A stretch of DNA of 64,000 nucleotides from Octopus bimaculoides (taxonomy: Eukaryota). Below are positions 63,120 to 64,000 of the stretch, piece after piece; the stretch's first letter is position 1, and every line of letters begins with the position of its first letter. The stretch is taken from positions 52,042,026-52,106,025 of the forward strand of contig NC_068988.1 in assembly GCF_001194135.2 (NCBI RefSeq). The letters are read 5' to 3'. The notes beneath the pieces are model-generated. The model saw only the letters and a list, made by a program, of their open reading frames with translations. It had not been told where the DNA came from and searched no databases. Made by a program: the position numbers and the translations under genes.

Positions 63120-63430
63120 GATTGCTGAGGGTTTGCAGCCAGTCCCTCTGCAGAGCTTACAACACACTCGGCATCATAGGAGCCAATAAGCGGAAGGCCA
63201 TCAAGTTGGCTGTGGAAGCAGCGTCAGTTGCTCCAAGGGGGTCGTGGAAAGGGGAAATACGAGTCCTGGAAGGGGAAGTGTATCCAGGTGTAGTGCTGCT
63301 GGACACAAACTGGGGCCTGATGAACCCTGGCTGGTAACCTGGGTGAGAATGTCTTATGCTTGAAAGACTCGAAACAGCTAATGACCCCTGGAAACATGAC
63401 CCAGGTGCATCACAGGACGATGTATAGAAA
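63120..63430 (+). mobile_element. HERO-like RLE LINE 3' fragment
   Basis: GF..QSLCRAYNTLGIIGANKRKAIKLAVEAA; 3'UTR shared with 50300-50560. Confidence 0.65.
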
Positions 63431-63688
63431 AAAGTCTTTTGTAGAGACAGCAGTTACTTAAGGCATTCATTTCTTTAGCTGGAAAAAAAATCAGTCTCAA
63501 TGACATAATCTTAGTAAAGTGAGAAATTGGAGTTTGTGATGTTTATATTTTATTGAAAATTATTAATGAAGTAAATTAACTATTTCTAGTTTTGTAGATA
63601 CTTTAACTTATGCGATTACAACTTCGCTACAGTTCACATCATTATAGAAAATATCAGAGCAAGGATTGCAAAATGTGCCATTCTCGTG

Positions 63689-63855
63689 TGTGAGGAGAGT
63701 TTGATCTCTAAACGATAACATCACCAAATTACAGGTGAGTTTTTAGCTAGTTCTATACTCCGTCACTGAGCTGAGCTTTACTACAACACTGTTACCAAAC
63801 TACAGGTGAGTTTCTACTTAGTTCAGAAACTTATCACAGAATATTATACTTTTGT
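63689..63855 (+). repeat. 167-bp direct repeat, copy 2
   Basis: See 61847-62013. Confidence 0.97.
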
Positions 63856-63874
63856 TCTTATCTACTCTATACGA

Positions 63875-64000
63875 GTGGAGGCGCAATGGCCCAGTGGTTA
63901 GGGCAGCGGACTCGCGGTCATAGGATTGCGGTTTTGATTCCCAGACCGTTGTGAGTGTTTATTGAGCGAAAACACCTAAAAGCTCCACGAGGCTCCGGCA
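63875..64000 (+). mobile_element. SINE family B head, cut by the window end
   Basis: gtggaggcgcaatggcccagtggttagggcagcggactcgcgg. Confidence 0.9.

Noticed and set aside
62569-63430. Idea that the HERO-like fragment is an rDNA-targeted insertion into the 28S piece
   Set aside because: The two are ~380 bp apart with other sequence between, and the R2/R4 target region lies much further 3' in 28S than this fragment.
63875-63950. tRNA-like sequences at SINE heads (also ~11000-11069, 33463-33530, 57508-57580)
   Set aside because: A/B boxes run into SINE bodies, the acceptor stems do not close, and the copies are dispersed repeats, not tRNA genes.

Overview
AT-rich, microsatellite-dense animal genomic scaffold with many N gaps. 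The SINE, LINE and MITE families look like octopus or another coleoid cephalopod; this is inferred from recognising the repeats, not from a search. One host gene can be reconstructed completely: PPP1R8/NIPP1 (nuclear inhibitor of PP1) on the minus strand. It has 7 coding exons (51840-51797, 41798-41738, 39210-39057, 38940-38720, 37075-36931, 34265-34201, 30552-30205), all with GT-AG boundaries and compatible phases, giving 1038 nt and 345 aa. Most of the rest is decayed mobile DNA: Tc1/mariner, hAT (Buster-type, with intact target-site duplications), piggyBac-like MITEs, an intron-containing Ginger integrase, a Gypsy relic, CR1/L2-, RTE-, R4/Dong- and HERO-like LINE ends, Penelope-like relics with hammerhead ribozyme motifs, and many tRNA-headed SINEs. 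There is also an orphan 28S rRNA fragment inside a cassette flanked by 167-bp direct repeats. I see no clear multi-gene novel system. The best leads are: (i) the NIPP1 PP1-docking motif reads HVLF instead of RVxF, and one A-to-I edit (CAT to CGT) would restore Arg; (ii) an RLE-LINE family repeatedly sits against (CATA)n tracts; (iii) the direct-repeat cassette with the 28S fragment and a promoter-like segment; (iv) an intact-core hammerhead motif. Most long ORFs in the supplied track are artefacts of N gaps and microsatellites. Coordinates were counted by hand; repeat boundaries are approximate unless a TSD or TIR is quoted.
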